A stretch of 64,000 nt of DNA from an uncultured Ignavibacteriaceae bacterium (GTDB lineage Bacteria > Bacteroidota > Ignavibacteria > UBA10030 > BY39): positions 41,989-105,988 of the forward strand of contig CAZOQB010000003.1 in NCBI GenBank assembly GCA_964581995.1, written 5' to 3'. Shown piece after piece: positions 19,638 through 29,128 of this stretch. The notes under the pieces are model-generated. The model was given only the letters and a program-made list of their open reading frames with translations, searched no databases and was not told where the DNA came from. Each line of letters begins with the position of its first letter. Positions within the stretch are counted from its first letter, which is position 1. A program made the translations under genes and the position numbers.

Positions 19638-19657
19638 GGCTCAATCATCGTGCCAGG
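19638..19657 (-). promoter_or_regulatory. Sigma-54-like promoter (-24/-12 type) for the secreted-protein operon
   Basis: Minus-strand reading is CCTGGCACGATGATTGAGCC, about 65 nt upstream of the 19575 start. It shares TGGCACG-N4-TTGAGCC with the divergent site at 19929. Confidence 0.45.
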
Positions 19658-19928
19658 AATTAATAACCTGAATAATCAATCATTTAAGCTCCAGTTAAGC
19701 ATTTTTTTAAAAAATAACTGAAATAGAACGGGTTTTACAGACAAGTAATCGGCAGAAGTGTCGAAACTATTCGGCAAGTTTGCCGAATAGTTTCCTGGTG
19801 TTTGAATTTTCCTCTTTTATATCGTGAAGTAACAATCCTGTTGTGGTATATATATGTTGATTTAAAATAGTAGTTATTTGAACCGTTTACACTAAACACG
19901 CATCTAATCATAAACCACAAACTATATA

Positions 19929-19947
19929 TTGGCACGTGTATTGAGCC
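19929..19947 (+). promoter_or_regulatory. Sigma-54-like promoter for the TonB-receptor/ABC operon
   Basis: TTGGCACGTGTATTGAGCC, about 90 nt upstream of the ATG at 20036. Matches the sigma-54 consensus except TTGA where TTGC is expected. Confidence 0.45.
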
Positions 19948-20035
19948 AATATTAAAGCTATTTGTATCTTTTCACGTTTATAGTCATCTAACAAATAACC
20001 ATCAATTACATTTAATATCGGATCGGATAATTTTC

Positions 20036-22309
20036 ATGCAAAAAATATTTCAACAAAACTTAATTTATATTTTATCTCTCATTATAATTGTTATGAGTGT
20101 TCACAGTGCATACTCGGAAGAGAAAGCCGGAAGTATTTCCGGTGAAGTGCGCGATGCGGTAACAAAACAACCGCTGCCGGCGGCAAATGTTATGCTTGTG
20201 GGAACTAACTCCGGTGCATCAACTAACGATAATGGATACTTTGTTATAAAAAATATTCCGATCGGTGTTTATCAATTAAAAGCTTCATATATAGGTTACA
20301 ACAATTTCATCAATGATGATATTCAAGTTGTATTAAACCGGAACACGAATATCCAGATTGAACTTGTACCGAGTCAGGTCGAAGTTGACGAGGTAGTAGT
20401 AACTGGAGGATATTTCCAGAAACCTACGGAAAGCACTGTTAGCTATCGAACGCTTTCGTCGCAAGAGATTCGACGTTCTCCCGGTTCGGCAGAAGATATA
20501 TTCCGGGTGATGCAATCGCTGCCGGGCGTTGCAACTGCTGGCGGTAAAAGCGCTCAGTTGATTGTTCGCGGTGGAAGTCCGGATGAAAATCTCACGCTGC
20601 TTGATAACATCGAAATATATAACCCAATACATTTTGCACGTACAGGTGAATCGATGGGAATCATAAGCATAATAAATCCTTCGTTGCTTAAAGAAGTAAA
20701 TTTTATGACGGGCGGTTTTCCGGCTAAGTATGGAGATAAAATGTCGTCTGTGTTCGATATGACTATGGTCGATGGTAATAAGGAATTACACAATATAGAT
20801 GTCAACGCAAATGTAGCTGGTTTCGGAGTGATGGTGGATGGACCGGTGATGGATAACGGCACAATGGTGTTCTCTGCGCGCCGTGGATTATTTGACCTGT
20901 TGACATCCGTTTTCAATCGACCTGCGGCTCCAAGTTATTATGATGCTGTAGGAAAATTTACTTACGATTTAGATGCTAATAACCGTTTGAGTCTTGTTGG
21001 CTTTTATTATCTCGATCAGATAGAGCGAGAAGGGACAGTGAGTATGAAAAGTTCTACCGATACCGCTAAGTATAATTACTTAACGCGCGATGATTATGGA
21101 ACTGCATTCGGTGTCAATTGGCGCTATCTCTTATCGCCGAAAGCTTATAGTTTAACTACTCTGTCATTTTCGGGTAACGGTTGGAATACTCTTCGAGGTT
21201 CCGAAACTGAAAGAGATTTAATTGGTGAAGATATTCTTGAGAACAGTTATACGTTGAAGAATGAAATCACTTATCAAATAAAATCTAATCTTGATATTAA
21301 AAGCGGAGTTCATGTTCGATTTATCGGATCGGAACATATAACATGGAAACCTGCCGATACTACTCGGCTTGGTCAAATAATTCCGGCATCGTCAATCTCT
21401 TATCTACCTGATTTAAGTAATAAAACATCCGTATTTTTGCAAAGCACATGGAGCCCATGGGTGCAGTTATCTTTAACTGCCGGCGGACGTTATGATTATT
21501 TCTCCTTCACAAAAGAAGGAACATTAAGCCCACGCTTATCTGCTTCTTATCATCTTACAGATAGAACATCTTTCAATATGGCATATGGCAAATATTACCA
21601 AACCCCTGCATCATACCAGATTGCCCTCGATCCGCTTAATCAACAACTTCGCAGCAGCAGTGCGACTCATTATATCTTCGGCATAGAACAAATAGTTCGT
21701 GATGATATAAAGGCAACTGTTGAGGTGTATCATAAAGATCTATCCGATGTTATTGTAGGAACCGATACGACCGACATTCTATATAATACCGGAAGCGGTT
21801 ACGCGAGAGGAATTGAATTATCTTTCCAGAAAAAATTCGTCGATGGGTTTGTTGGAACAGCTTCCTATTCATATTCAGTATCGAAACGACGTGATGCGGA
21901 TGAATTAACCGAATATTATTTCGAGTTCGATAGACCGCACATACTCAACCTGATTGCAGGTATGGAAATTGGCAAAGGTTGGCAGTTGGGTGCAAAGTTC
22001 CAATATGCTTCCGGCAATCCGTTTACGCCGGTTATAGGCGTAACGGAAAAGAGCGGTACTTATTATGTGGTTGACGGTGATTACAACTCAGCACGGCTTC
22101 CTGTTTATCACAAACTCGATGTCCGGCTCGATAAAAAATTCGTATTTGATTCCTGGACATTAACTGCGTATCTTGATTTGTGGAATCTTTATAATCAGCA
22201 GAATGTTCTTTCCTATTCATATAAAGTCGATCCATACGGCACCATTACCGAAACACCTCGATATGATTTCGGAATAACACCTATTATTGGGTTATCAGCA
22301 CAGTTTTAA
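20036..22309 (+). CDS. TonB-dependent outer-membrane receptor with an N-terminal carboxypeptidase-regulatory-like domain
   Basis: Signal peptide. CarbopepD_reg-like beta-sandwich (GEVRDAVTKQPLPAANV..GYFVIKNIPIGVY). Plug region. Long beta-barrel ending in F. Confidence 0.8.
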   Translation: MQKIFQQNLIYILSLIIIVMSVHSAYSEEKAGSISGEVRDAVTKQPLPAANVMLVGTNSGASTNDNGYFVIKNIPIGVYQLKASYIGYNNFINDDIQVVLNRNTNIQIELVPSQVEVDEVVVTGGYFQKPTESTVSYRTLSSQEIRRSPGSAEDIFRVMQSLPGVATAGGKSAQLIVRGGSPDENLTLLDNIEIYNPIHFARTGESMGIISIINPSLLKEVNFMTGGFPAKYGDKMSSVFDMTMVDGNKELHNIDVNANVAGFGVMVDGPVMDNGTMVFSARRGLFDLLTSVFNRPAAPSYYDAVGKFTYDLDANNRLSLVGFYYLDQIEREGTVSMKSSTDTAKYNYLTRDDYGTAFGVNWRYLLSPKAYSLTTLSFSGNGWNTLRGSETERDLIGEDILENSYTLKNEITYQIKSNLDIKSGVHVRFIGSEHITWKPADTTRLGQIIPASSISYLPDLSNKTSVFLQSTWSPWVQLSLTAGGRYDYFSFTKEGTLSPRLSASYHLTDRTSFNMAYGKYYQTPASYQIALDPLNQQLRSSSATHYIFGIEQIVRDDIKATVEVYHKDLSDVIVGTDTTDILYNTGSGYARGIELSFQKKFVDGFVGTASYSYSVSKRRDADELTEYYFEFDRPHILNLIAGMEIGKGWQLGAKFQYASGNPFTPVIGVTEKSGTYYVVDGDYNSARLPVYHKLDVRLDKKFVFDSWTLTAYLDLWNLYNQQNVLSYSYKVDPYGTITETPRYDFGITPIIGLSAQF

Positions 22310-22323
22310 GAAAGGGTAGAAAT

Positions 22324-23034
22324 ATGAGTTTAATTAAACTTGAGAATGTAAAAAAAATATATCAGACGGGTGAAATTCCTGTTACCGCTTTGAATGAAAT
22401 CTCATTCACTATCGAGCGACAAACTTTTGTCTCGTTCATAGGTCCTTCGGGCAGCGGTAAATCTACAATTCTGAATTTAGTCGGGTCGTTAGATAAACCT
22501 ACCAGCGGCAATGTTATTGTCGATAATGTAAATGTGGCAATGCTCGACCGTTCTGAAGCCGCGAAGTTTCGGGGTAGTACGATCGGTTTCGTATTTCAAA
22601 ACTTTAATTTGATTCCCGTTCTCTCGGTTTATGAAAATGTTGAATATCCACTTTTATTGATAAAATCGATTCCCGCTTCAGAAAGGCGTGAACGAATCGA
22701 TTCTCTCCTCGAAAAAGTAGGTATGATTGAATATAGAAATAAATATCCGAATCAAATATCGGGCGGACAGAAACAGCGCGTAGCAATTGCACGTGCATTA
22801 GTAACAAACCCAAAGATTGTTCTTGCCGATGAACCAACAGCTAATCTTGATCATAAAACTGCGTTTAAAGTAATTAATATCATGCATGAAATGCAAAAAT
22901 CATTGGGGACAACCTTTATATTCTCCACACACGATCCAAAAATCGTCGGTGAAGCTGAAATTATTTACACGCTCGAGGATGGTGCAATCGTGAATCAAGA
23001 AATTAAACAGAAAGATGGAGGCATCCATGATTAA
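22324..23034 (+). CDS. ABC transporter ATP-binding protein (LolD/MacB-type)
   Basis: Walker [10 protein letters not shown], signature [15 protein letters not shown], Walker [12 protein letters not shown]. Confidence 0.9.
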   Translation: MSLIKLENVKKIYQTGEIPVTALNEISFTIERQTFVSFIGPSGSGKSTILNLVGSLDKPTSGNVIVDNVNVAMLDRSEAAKFRGSTIGFVFQNFNLIPVLSVYENVEYPLLLIKSIPASERRERIDSLLEKVGMIEYRNKYPNQISGGQKQRVAIARALVTNPKIVLADEPTANLDHKTAFKVINIMHEMQKSLGTTFIFSTHDPKIVGEAEIIYTLEDGAIVNQEIKQKDGGIHD

Positions 23035-24259
23035 TCTTATTAAAATAGCCGTTCGCAATCTTTTCCGATATAAACGCCGAACAATATTAACTTCATCACT
23101 CATTGCCTTCGGGGTTGTGTTGGTGATAGTTTTTGGCGGCTTGGCTATATCGTTTAAGACGCAGATGATTGGGATGATTACAAACACCAACCTCGGAGAT
23201 TTGCAAATCCATAAAAAAGGATACGTTGAATCAATCGACAACCTTCCGCTTAATATCAGTCTTTCCGATTCCGAGTATGCGGATGTAGAGCGCGCATTGA
23301 ATGCTATGCCTGAAATCGCAGCTTTCAGTCCACGCATTAAGTTCGGAGCGATGATAAGCAATTACGTACAGACTTCGAACATACGGCTAACCGCAATTTA
23401 CCCGGATTTAGAAAGCAATACTTTACCCGACCTTATTAAAAGAATTAAAAGCGATATTAAGGATAAGAAAAATTATCTGAAGCAGGGTGAAATATTAGTG
23501 CCTGAAAATTTGATGAAAGGACTTTCACTTAAGGTCGGCGATGATATAGTTCTTATCGCAACAAATAAAGACGGATCGGTTAATGGAATTCCGGTTCGCA
23601 TTGCAGCGATGATGGAGAATGTTCTCGGACCATCGGGTAAAGACGGCTACATTCATATTGCCGATGCTATGACTTTATTGAGAATGGAAAAACCCGAAAT
23701 CATCGAAGTCGCTATCAAGCTCAAACAGTTCGATCAACTCGATAAAGTATATGAAAATTTGAAAAAAGCTCTCAGCCAACAGCCAACACAGAAAGAAGTT
23801 CACACGTGGGAACAGCTTTCTCCTTTTGCAAGCATAGCGCGGATTGTGGATTTGTTAATCCTTGTAGTGAAGTTTATATTAATATCAATTGTTTTAGTAA
23901 GTGTTTTAAACATCATGACTATGTCTGTGTACGAGCGTATCAGCGAAATTGGAACAATAGCCGCTATCGGTACGCGTCCGAGCCGGATTCTAACGATGTT
24001 TTTGGTAGAGGGTTTTACGATGGGCTTGTTGAGTAACATTATAGGAATATTAGTGGGTGTAGGAATTCTTTTGTTGATGAATACAACGAGCATTAACTTT
24101 ACATTCGGACAGATGAATGTTGCACTTGCCCCGGATATTCCCGCCCGCGAGATTTTATTAACAACATTAATAGTAATGCTTGTTTCAGTTTCTGCAAGCT
24201 TGCAACCGGCATATAAGGCATCCAGGATGGAACCGGTTGATGCCTTGGGACATGTATAA
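23015..24259 (+). CDS. ABC transporter permease, FtsX/MacB-like (LolE-like)
   Basis: N-terminal TM helix, a large periplasmic domain, and a C-terminal FtsX-type four-TM bundle. Confidence 0.8.
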   Translation: MEASMINLIKIAVRNLFRYKRRTILTSSLIAFGVVLVIVFGGLAISFKTQMIGMITNTNLGDLQIHKKGYVESIDNLPLNISLSDSEYADVERALNAMPEIAAFSPRIKFGAMISNYVQTSNIRLTAIYPDLESNTLPDLIKRIKSDIKDKKNYLKQGEILVPENLMKGLSLKVGDDIVLIATNKDGSVNGIPVRIAAMMENVLGPSGKDGYIHIADAMTLLRMEKPEIIEVAIKLKQFDQLDKVYENLKKALSQQPTQKEVHTWEQLSPFASIARIVDLLILVVKFILISIVLVSVLNIMTMSVYERISEIGTIAAIGTRPSRILTMFLVEGFTMGLLSNIIGILVGVGILLLMNTTSINFTFGQMNVALAPDIPAREILLTTLIVMLVSVSASLQPAYKASRMEPVDALGHV

Positions 24260-24271
24260 AAAGGATAAAAT

Positions 24272-25000
24272 ATGAAAACCATAACATCATTCATTCTAAT
24301 TTTTTTATTTAGTGTAATTCTTCAGGCACAAGATGCGAATGTTTTACTAAAAACAGTCGATGAAAATCTGATGCCTGATTCGTACGAAGCAATACGCAAA
24401 ATTATTAATGAAGAACCCAATGGTTCAAAGAAGGAATACACCTTTTACACTATAAAAAAAGGGAAAGATAAAATTGCGATGCTGTACATTACACCGGCGA
24501 GTGAGAAGGGACGCGCTACGCTGCGTTTGGGCGATAATATGTGGTTATACGTTCCCAATGTAAACAAACCAGTCCGTATCACAAGCTTGCAATCGGTTAT
24601 TGGCGGTGTGTTTAACAATGCCGATCTTATGCAGTTGGAGTATGCTGTCGAGTACAACGCTTCGTATGCTGAAGGAACTGAGAAAGAGTATATCCTCGAC
24701 TTGAAAGCAAAGAACAAAACTGTTGCTTACGACAGATTGAAGATGTGGATTAGTAAAGACAAAAAAAATCTCCTCAAAGTTGAGGCATACTCAGCATCCA
24801 ACATGTTGATTAAGACACTCGAATTTAAAGAGGACAAAAATTTTGGCGGCGGACTAATTCGTTCATCAGTTATTGAAACATCCAGCCCGCTCTATAAAGG
24901 TTATCGCTCGTTGATGGTGTACCAAAAAATCAAAAAACGACAGTTCCCTGATGAGGTGTTTACGCTGAGTTACATGGGTCGTTTAGGAGACCTCCGGTGA
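24272..25000 (+). CDS. Outer-membrane lipoprotein-sorting (LolA-like) protein
   Basis: Signal peptide. Sequence pattern typical of LolA-like proteins next to LolDE-like ABC transporters. Confidence 0.65.
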   Translation: MKTITSFILIFLFSVILQAQDANVLLKTVDENLMPDSYEAIRKIINEEPNGSKKEYTFYTIKKGKDKIAMLYITPASEKGRATLRLGDNMWLYVPNVNKPVRITSLQSVIGGVFNNADLMQLEYAVEYNASYAEGTEKEYILDLKAKNKTVAYDRLKMWISKDKKNLLKVEAYSASNMLIKTLEFKEDKNFGGGLIRSSVIETSSPLYKGYRSLMVYQKIKKRQFPDEVFTLSYMGRLGDLR

Positions 25001-26256
25001 AGTTCTGGTTCCTTTATTTTCTAATGGTTCCTCTGCTTGCGTTTTCACAAGAAGAATTCGATTCATCTACAAACGAGAAAAAATTAGAATGGAGCGGCAA
25101 TCTTGATGTAAAGTATTCTCTTTTACAGATGTCTCAGACTTCACCGGCATATCGACTTCAATTCTATAGTTCGAAGGATATATCGCGTTATCTATCGCAG
25201 TATCGAATCGAGCCGTATCTGAATGCCGAATATAAATCGGGGAGTTTAGGGTTTTTTATGAAAACCCACGCAACATATTTTAGCGATGATGAAGCGAGTG
25301 TCGATTTGTTCGAGGCATACGCAAGATACAATCCTTCGTTGAGCGCTACTATGCAACTTGGTAAAAGCGTGTTTAGCTGGGGAAAGGGATATGCCTTCAA
25401 TCCGGTAGGGTATGTAAATCCGCTGAAGGATCCTGAGAACCCGGAACTTGCTCAGGCGGGAATTCTTTCGGCAAATGTTGAGTATATAAAAAGTTTTTCA
25501 TCGGGTGCGCTTCAATCCTTTGCAGCCCAGGCGATAATAATCCCGGAAAGCAATCCTATAAACGGTCGTTTCGGTGAAGCAAAATACACAGATGTTGCGG
25601 CGAAGCTTTATTTTCTATTTTTGGATACCGATATTGATTTAATGATTTACCAGGGCAGCCGGAATCCTAAGCGATATGGGTTTGATGTTTCGAAGAACAT
25701 AATGGAAAATTTAGAATTCCACACCGAATTCGGTTTGACACGAAACGCTGACAGATATTTCATTGGCGATGGAGTTTTAAGCCGAGAGCATGGCGATATT
25801 TACAGTTATCTTTTCGGAATAAGATATCTTAACGAGTGGAATACGACCGTGATTGCAGAATACTATCGCAACGGGTTTGGTCTGAGTGAAACAGAATACG
25901 AATCGTATAATAAATATCTTTTGAACGGTCTTACTGTTGGAACACCTGATGCTATTCAACAAACAGTTGGCATTAGTCAGGCATATTTCAAGAGCAGCAC
26001 ATTAATGCGCGATTATCTCTATGTAAAAATAACTCAGCCGGAACCTTTTGAATTGCTTTATTTTACCCCATCAATTTACACTATTTACAATCTGCAAGAC
26101 AACAGTTTTTTGCTCTCAACAAACTTGACCTATAAACCTGAAACGAATCTTGAATTTATTGTTTGGTACACATCTATGTTTGGCAAAGAGGCGAGTGAAT
26201 TCGGATCACGTCAGGTCGAGCAAAAAATTGAGTTGTGGATGCGAGCGTATTTTTAA
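24997..26256 (+). CDS. Outer-membrane beta-barrel protein, hypothetical
   Basis: Signal peptide. Porin-like alternating pattern. Terminal YF. Confidence 0.5.
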   Translation: MKFWFLYFLMVPLLAFSQEEFDSSTNEKKLEWSGNLDVKYSLLQMSQTSPAYRLQFYSSKDISRYLSQYRIEPYLNAEYKSGSLGFFMKTHATYFSDDEASVDLFEAYARYNPSLSATMQLGKSVFSWGKGYAFNPVGYVNPLKDPENPELAQAGILSANVEYIKSFSSGALQSFAAQAIIIPESNPINGRFGEAKYTDVAAKLYFLFLDTDIDLMIYQGSRNPKRYGFDVSKNIMENLEFHTEFGLTRNADRYFIGDGVLSREHGDIYSYLFGIRYLNEWNTTVIAEYYRNGFGLSETEYESYNKYLLNGLTVGTPDAIQQTVGISQAYFKSSTLMRDYLYVKITQPEPFELLYFTPSIYTIYNLQDNSFLLSTNLTYKPETNLEFIVWYTSMFGKEASEFGSRQVEQKIELWMRAYF

Positions 26257-26822
26257 GAAAAATCGATTGAAGCGACGTTAGAAGATAATCTAAGAGATTT
26301 AGCTGATAAATATCGAATGACATCGATTGATATTGTGAAGATAGTAGTTCCGGATGAGGATTAGCAAAATCGGTACTGATATAATTCGATATTTTTACTT
26401 GCCTAAACTCAACCATTTATTTATGACCGGCGAGGGTATAGCAAAACCTGAAGCATACAATCTATATAATTCAAGAGATATTTGAAGTTGGAATTATTAA
26501 ATGATATATTATAATCAACGTGCGGCTCCGTGAAAATACTTACACGAAGGAATTTCGTGTAACTTCGTGAAATAAAAATAGATGGCTTGGTGTTAAGAGC
26601 CCGCCTGTCTACCGATAGGTAGATTCGACTGAAGCAAGCAGGATGATAGATATGCAACTGCACGCATATCTATGTTCCAGAAGATATATAGCCGTTCAGG
26701 CTTGCCCGACAATTTTTGTGGCGGGATAATTAATAGGTAGCCCTATTTCAGGGTGCATAGTGTTTTTTAATATGTTTTCGATTATATTTTTGAAGGCATT
26801 TAGAACAAAATAAAGTAAAAAT

Positions 26823-27110
26823 ATGAGTAAAGAATTATCCAAAAAGATTGCAGACTGTTTCAAGAATAAGCCTGTAAAAAAGGCATTTTTATTTGGCTCG
26901 GTGTCGCGAAACGAAGAAGATGATCAAAGTGACGTAGATATCTTAGTCGAATTAGATTACTCACAACCAATCGGTCTTGGTTTTGTAAGAATGAAATTAG
27001 AATTAGAAGACATGTTAAAAAGGAAAGTTGATATTCTTACAAGTAATAGTGTTTCAAAGTATATTCAACCATTTATTGATTCAGAAAAAATATTGATATA
27101 TGAGAAATAG
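26823..27110 (+). CDS. mntA: MntA-type nucleotidyltransferase (antitoxin of a HepT/MntA pair)
   Basis: GSVSRNEEDDQSDVDILV minimal nucleotidyltransferase motif. 95 aa. Confidence 0.85.
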   Translation: MSKELSKKIADCFKNKPVKKAFLFGSVSRNEEDDQSDVDILVELDYSQPIGLGFVRMKLELEDMLKRKVDILTSNSVSKYIQPFIDSEKILIYEK

Positions 27111-27444
27111 TTTAGGCGATAAGGCGCGATTACAACATATTTATGATGCTATTCTCGAAATCGAATCATATATTCAAAAATCACGTTATGAAGTTTTCCA
27201 ATCTAATACGATGATGCAATTTGCTTGTGTAAAACAATTGGAAATTATTGGTGAAGCAGCAAATCATCTCACCCCTCATTTCAAGAAACTCTATTCAGAA
27301 ATACAATGGCGAGAAATAATAGGTCTTAGGAATATATTAATCCACGAATATTTTGGAATTGATACAAAAATTGTGTGGGATATAATTACAACCGATATTG
27401 TTTCATTAAAGTCACAAGTCAAAGAAATTATAGAACAATTATAA
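27100..27444 (+). CDS. hepT: HepT-type HEPN toxin (DUF86)
   Basis: Rx4HxY motif (RNILIHEY). 114 aa. Overlaps mntA by 11 nt. Confidence 0.85.
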   Translation: MRNSLGDKARLQHIYDAILEIESYIQKSRYEVFQSNTMMQFACVKQLEIIGEAANHLTPHFKKLYSEIQWREIIGLRNILIHEYFGIDTKIVWDIITTDIVSLKSQVKEIIEQL

Positions 27445-27594
27445 CAAGGTCTTACCCGTCGCTCAACACGGACAGCCCCGCGGAGCGGGTTAAACTGCTT
27501 TCGCATTTGGCATTCCCTACTACGCAAAAACGCTTCAGCGGGCAAGCTGGGGTGCCGCTTATCGACAACGCCGTTATACCAAAAAGGAAAACTA

Positions 27595-28191
27595 ATGAAA
27601 CTTTATTCCTATGTAGTTGAACATGATAATGGATTTGCGCCAAATCCATATTTTAATGTCTGCTCTTTAGCGCATTGTAAATTTGGTAAAAAAAGAAAAA
27701 ATATCGTAGAAATGGCAAATGTTGACGATTGGATTATTGGTACTGGAGGTAGTAGTTCCAGAAGTGCTGGAAAAGGAAAATTAGTATATGCTATGCGTGT
27801 AGATGAGAAGTTGAGTCTGAAAGAATATTATAAAGATAAAAGGTTCAATTCAAAGAAACCAAATAATAGTAGTTTTGAAAATAGTAGGGGTGATAATAAA
27901 TCTAAATTCAAAAATGATATACAAAGATTTGTGCTATTATCATCTCATTATTATTATTTTGGTAATAAAGCGGTAAAAATTCCAACCCGATTTAGAAACC
28001 ACAAAACTTGTGCTCTTGAAAAAAAAGGTCCCGGCTATAAATCTTCCTTTGATGAAAAGTATATCTTAAATTTTGTTTTTTGGTTAGAGAAAAATTACTC
28101 TATTGGTATTATTGGTGTACCTTGTAATCTTGAAACAGAAGAAATGTATTTTACTGATAAGCTAAAAAAGAAAAATGGAGTTTGCAAATGA
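27595..28191 (+). CDS. Uncharacterised protein, first gene of an AT-rich cassette
   Basis: 198 aa. N-terminal motif YSYVVEHDNGFAPNPYFNVCSLAHC. Lys-rich. No family recognisable by eye. Confidence 0.6.
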   Translation: MKLYSYVVEHDNGFAPNPYFNVCSLAHCKFGKKRKNIVEMANVDDWIIGTGGSSSRSAGKGKLVYAMRVDEKLSLKEYYKDKRFNSKKPNNSSFENSRGDNKSKFKNDIQRFVLLSSHYYYFGNKAVKIPTRFRNHKTCALEKKGPGYKSSFDEKYILNFVFWLEKNYSIGIIGVPCNLETEEMYFTDKLKKKNGVCK

Positions 28192-28949
28192 AAGCACTTT
28201 TATTACGTGTTGGAATTGATAATGGCTATGGAGCTGTTACACCAATATTTGCTGATGATACTTATGAGTATATTTCTATCTATTATAAAAACAAAGTATC
28301 AATAGAAAAGAACGAAAAAAGAACATACAAAGATATTAAGTGCAAATATAGAGATAATGGCTTAGAGTTAAGAAATTTACAAGGATTTACAAATATTGCT
28401 TCATACCTTCCTAAAAAGCTCCATGATAAAATTATTCATCTTGACCCAGAATTTGAATCATTTACTTATGGTGAACCAGGCCGTCAAAAAAGGGCGGCTT
28501 TATTGAAATTGGAAAAAGGTGATTTATTAGTTTTTTATTTAGGAGGCAAGAATTGGGATGATAAAACGGACAGTGAATTAGGCGTTTATATCTTCAGTTA
28601 TTTTACAGTTAAAGAAGTTTATGATTGGAACAATTTAAGCAAAAAAGAACAAAAAGAACTATCAATAAATCAACTCTCTAAAAACGCTCATATAATAAGT
28701 TCAAAACCAAGAACAAACTTAGTTATAGTTAAAGGTGAATCTTCTAAAAGCAAAAAACTAAAATATTGTATTAAGATATCGGAACCCAATCAGAAAAGTA
28801 ATAATCCTTGTTATATTGCATCAAAGGAAATAAGAAAGTTACTTGGTATTAGGGAGTTTATTACACGTGCAGTTCCTATTTGGATTATGAATAAAAAATA
28901 TTTGCAGAATTTGCAAAGTTTACTACTATTAAAAACAATAAGTTTATAG
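28188..28949 (+). CDS. Uncharacterised protein, second gene of the cassette
   Basis: ATGA overlap with the upstream gene implies translational coupling. N-terminal LLLRVGIDNGYGAVTPIF motif. About 254 aa. Confidence 0.6.
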   Translation: MKALLLRVGIDNGYGAVTPIFADDTYEYISIYYKNKVSIEKNEKRTYKDIKCKYRDNGLELRNLQGFTNIASYLPKKLHDKIIHLDPEFESFTYGEPGRQKRAALLKLEKGDLLVFYLGGKNWDDKTDSELGVYIFSYFTVKEVYDWNNLSKKEQKELSINQLSKNAHIISSKPRTNLVIVKGESSKSKKLKYCIKISEPNQKSNNPCYIASKEIRKLLGIREFITRAVPIWIMNKKYLQNLQSLLLLKTISL

Positions 28950-29128
28950 AAAAATCCAATAATTATAATAGAATGCTTAAAATAACATAGAATTGCATAA
29001 CAAGCGGTTAAACTTAACCGCAGTTTTCAGAGTAGCAAGTTAGGCGCAACGCCGTTAGACCACATGAATTAACTATCGCATAGCTACACAAGTTAGCGGA
29101 AATCAAAATAAACAGGAGACAAAATATC

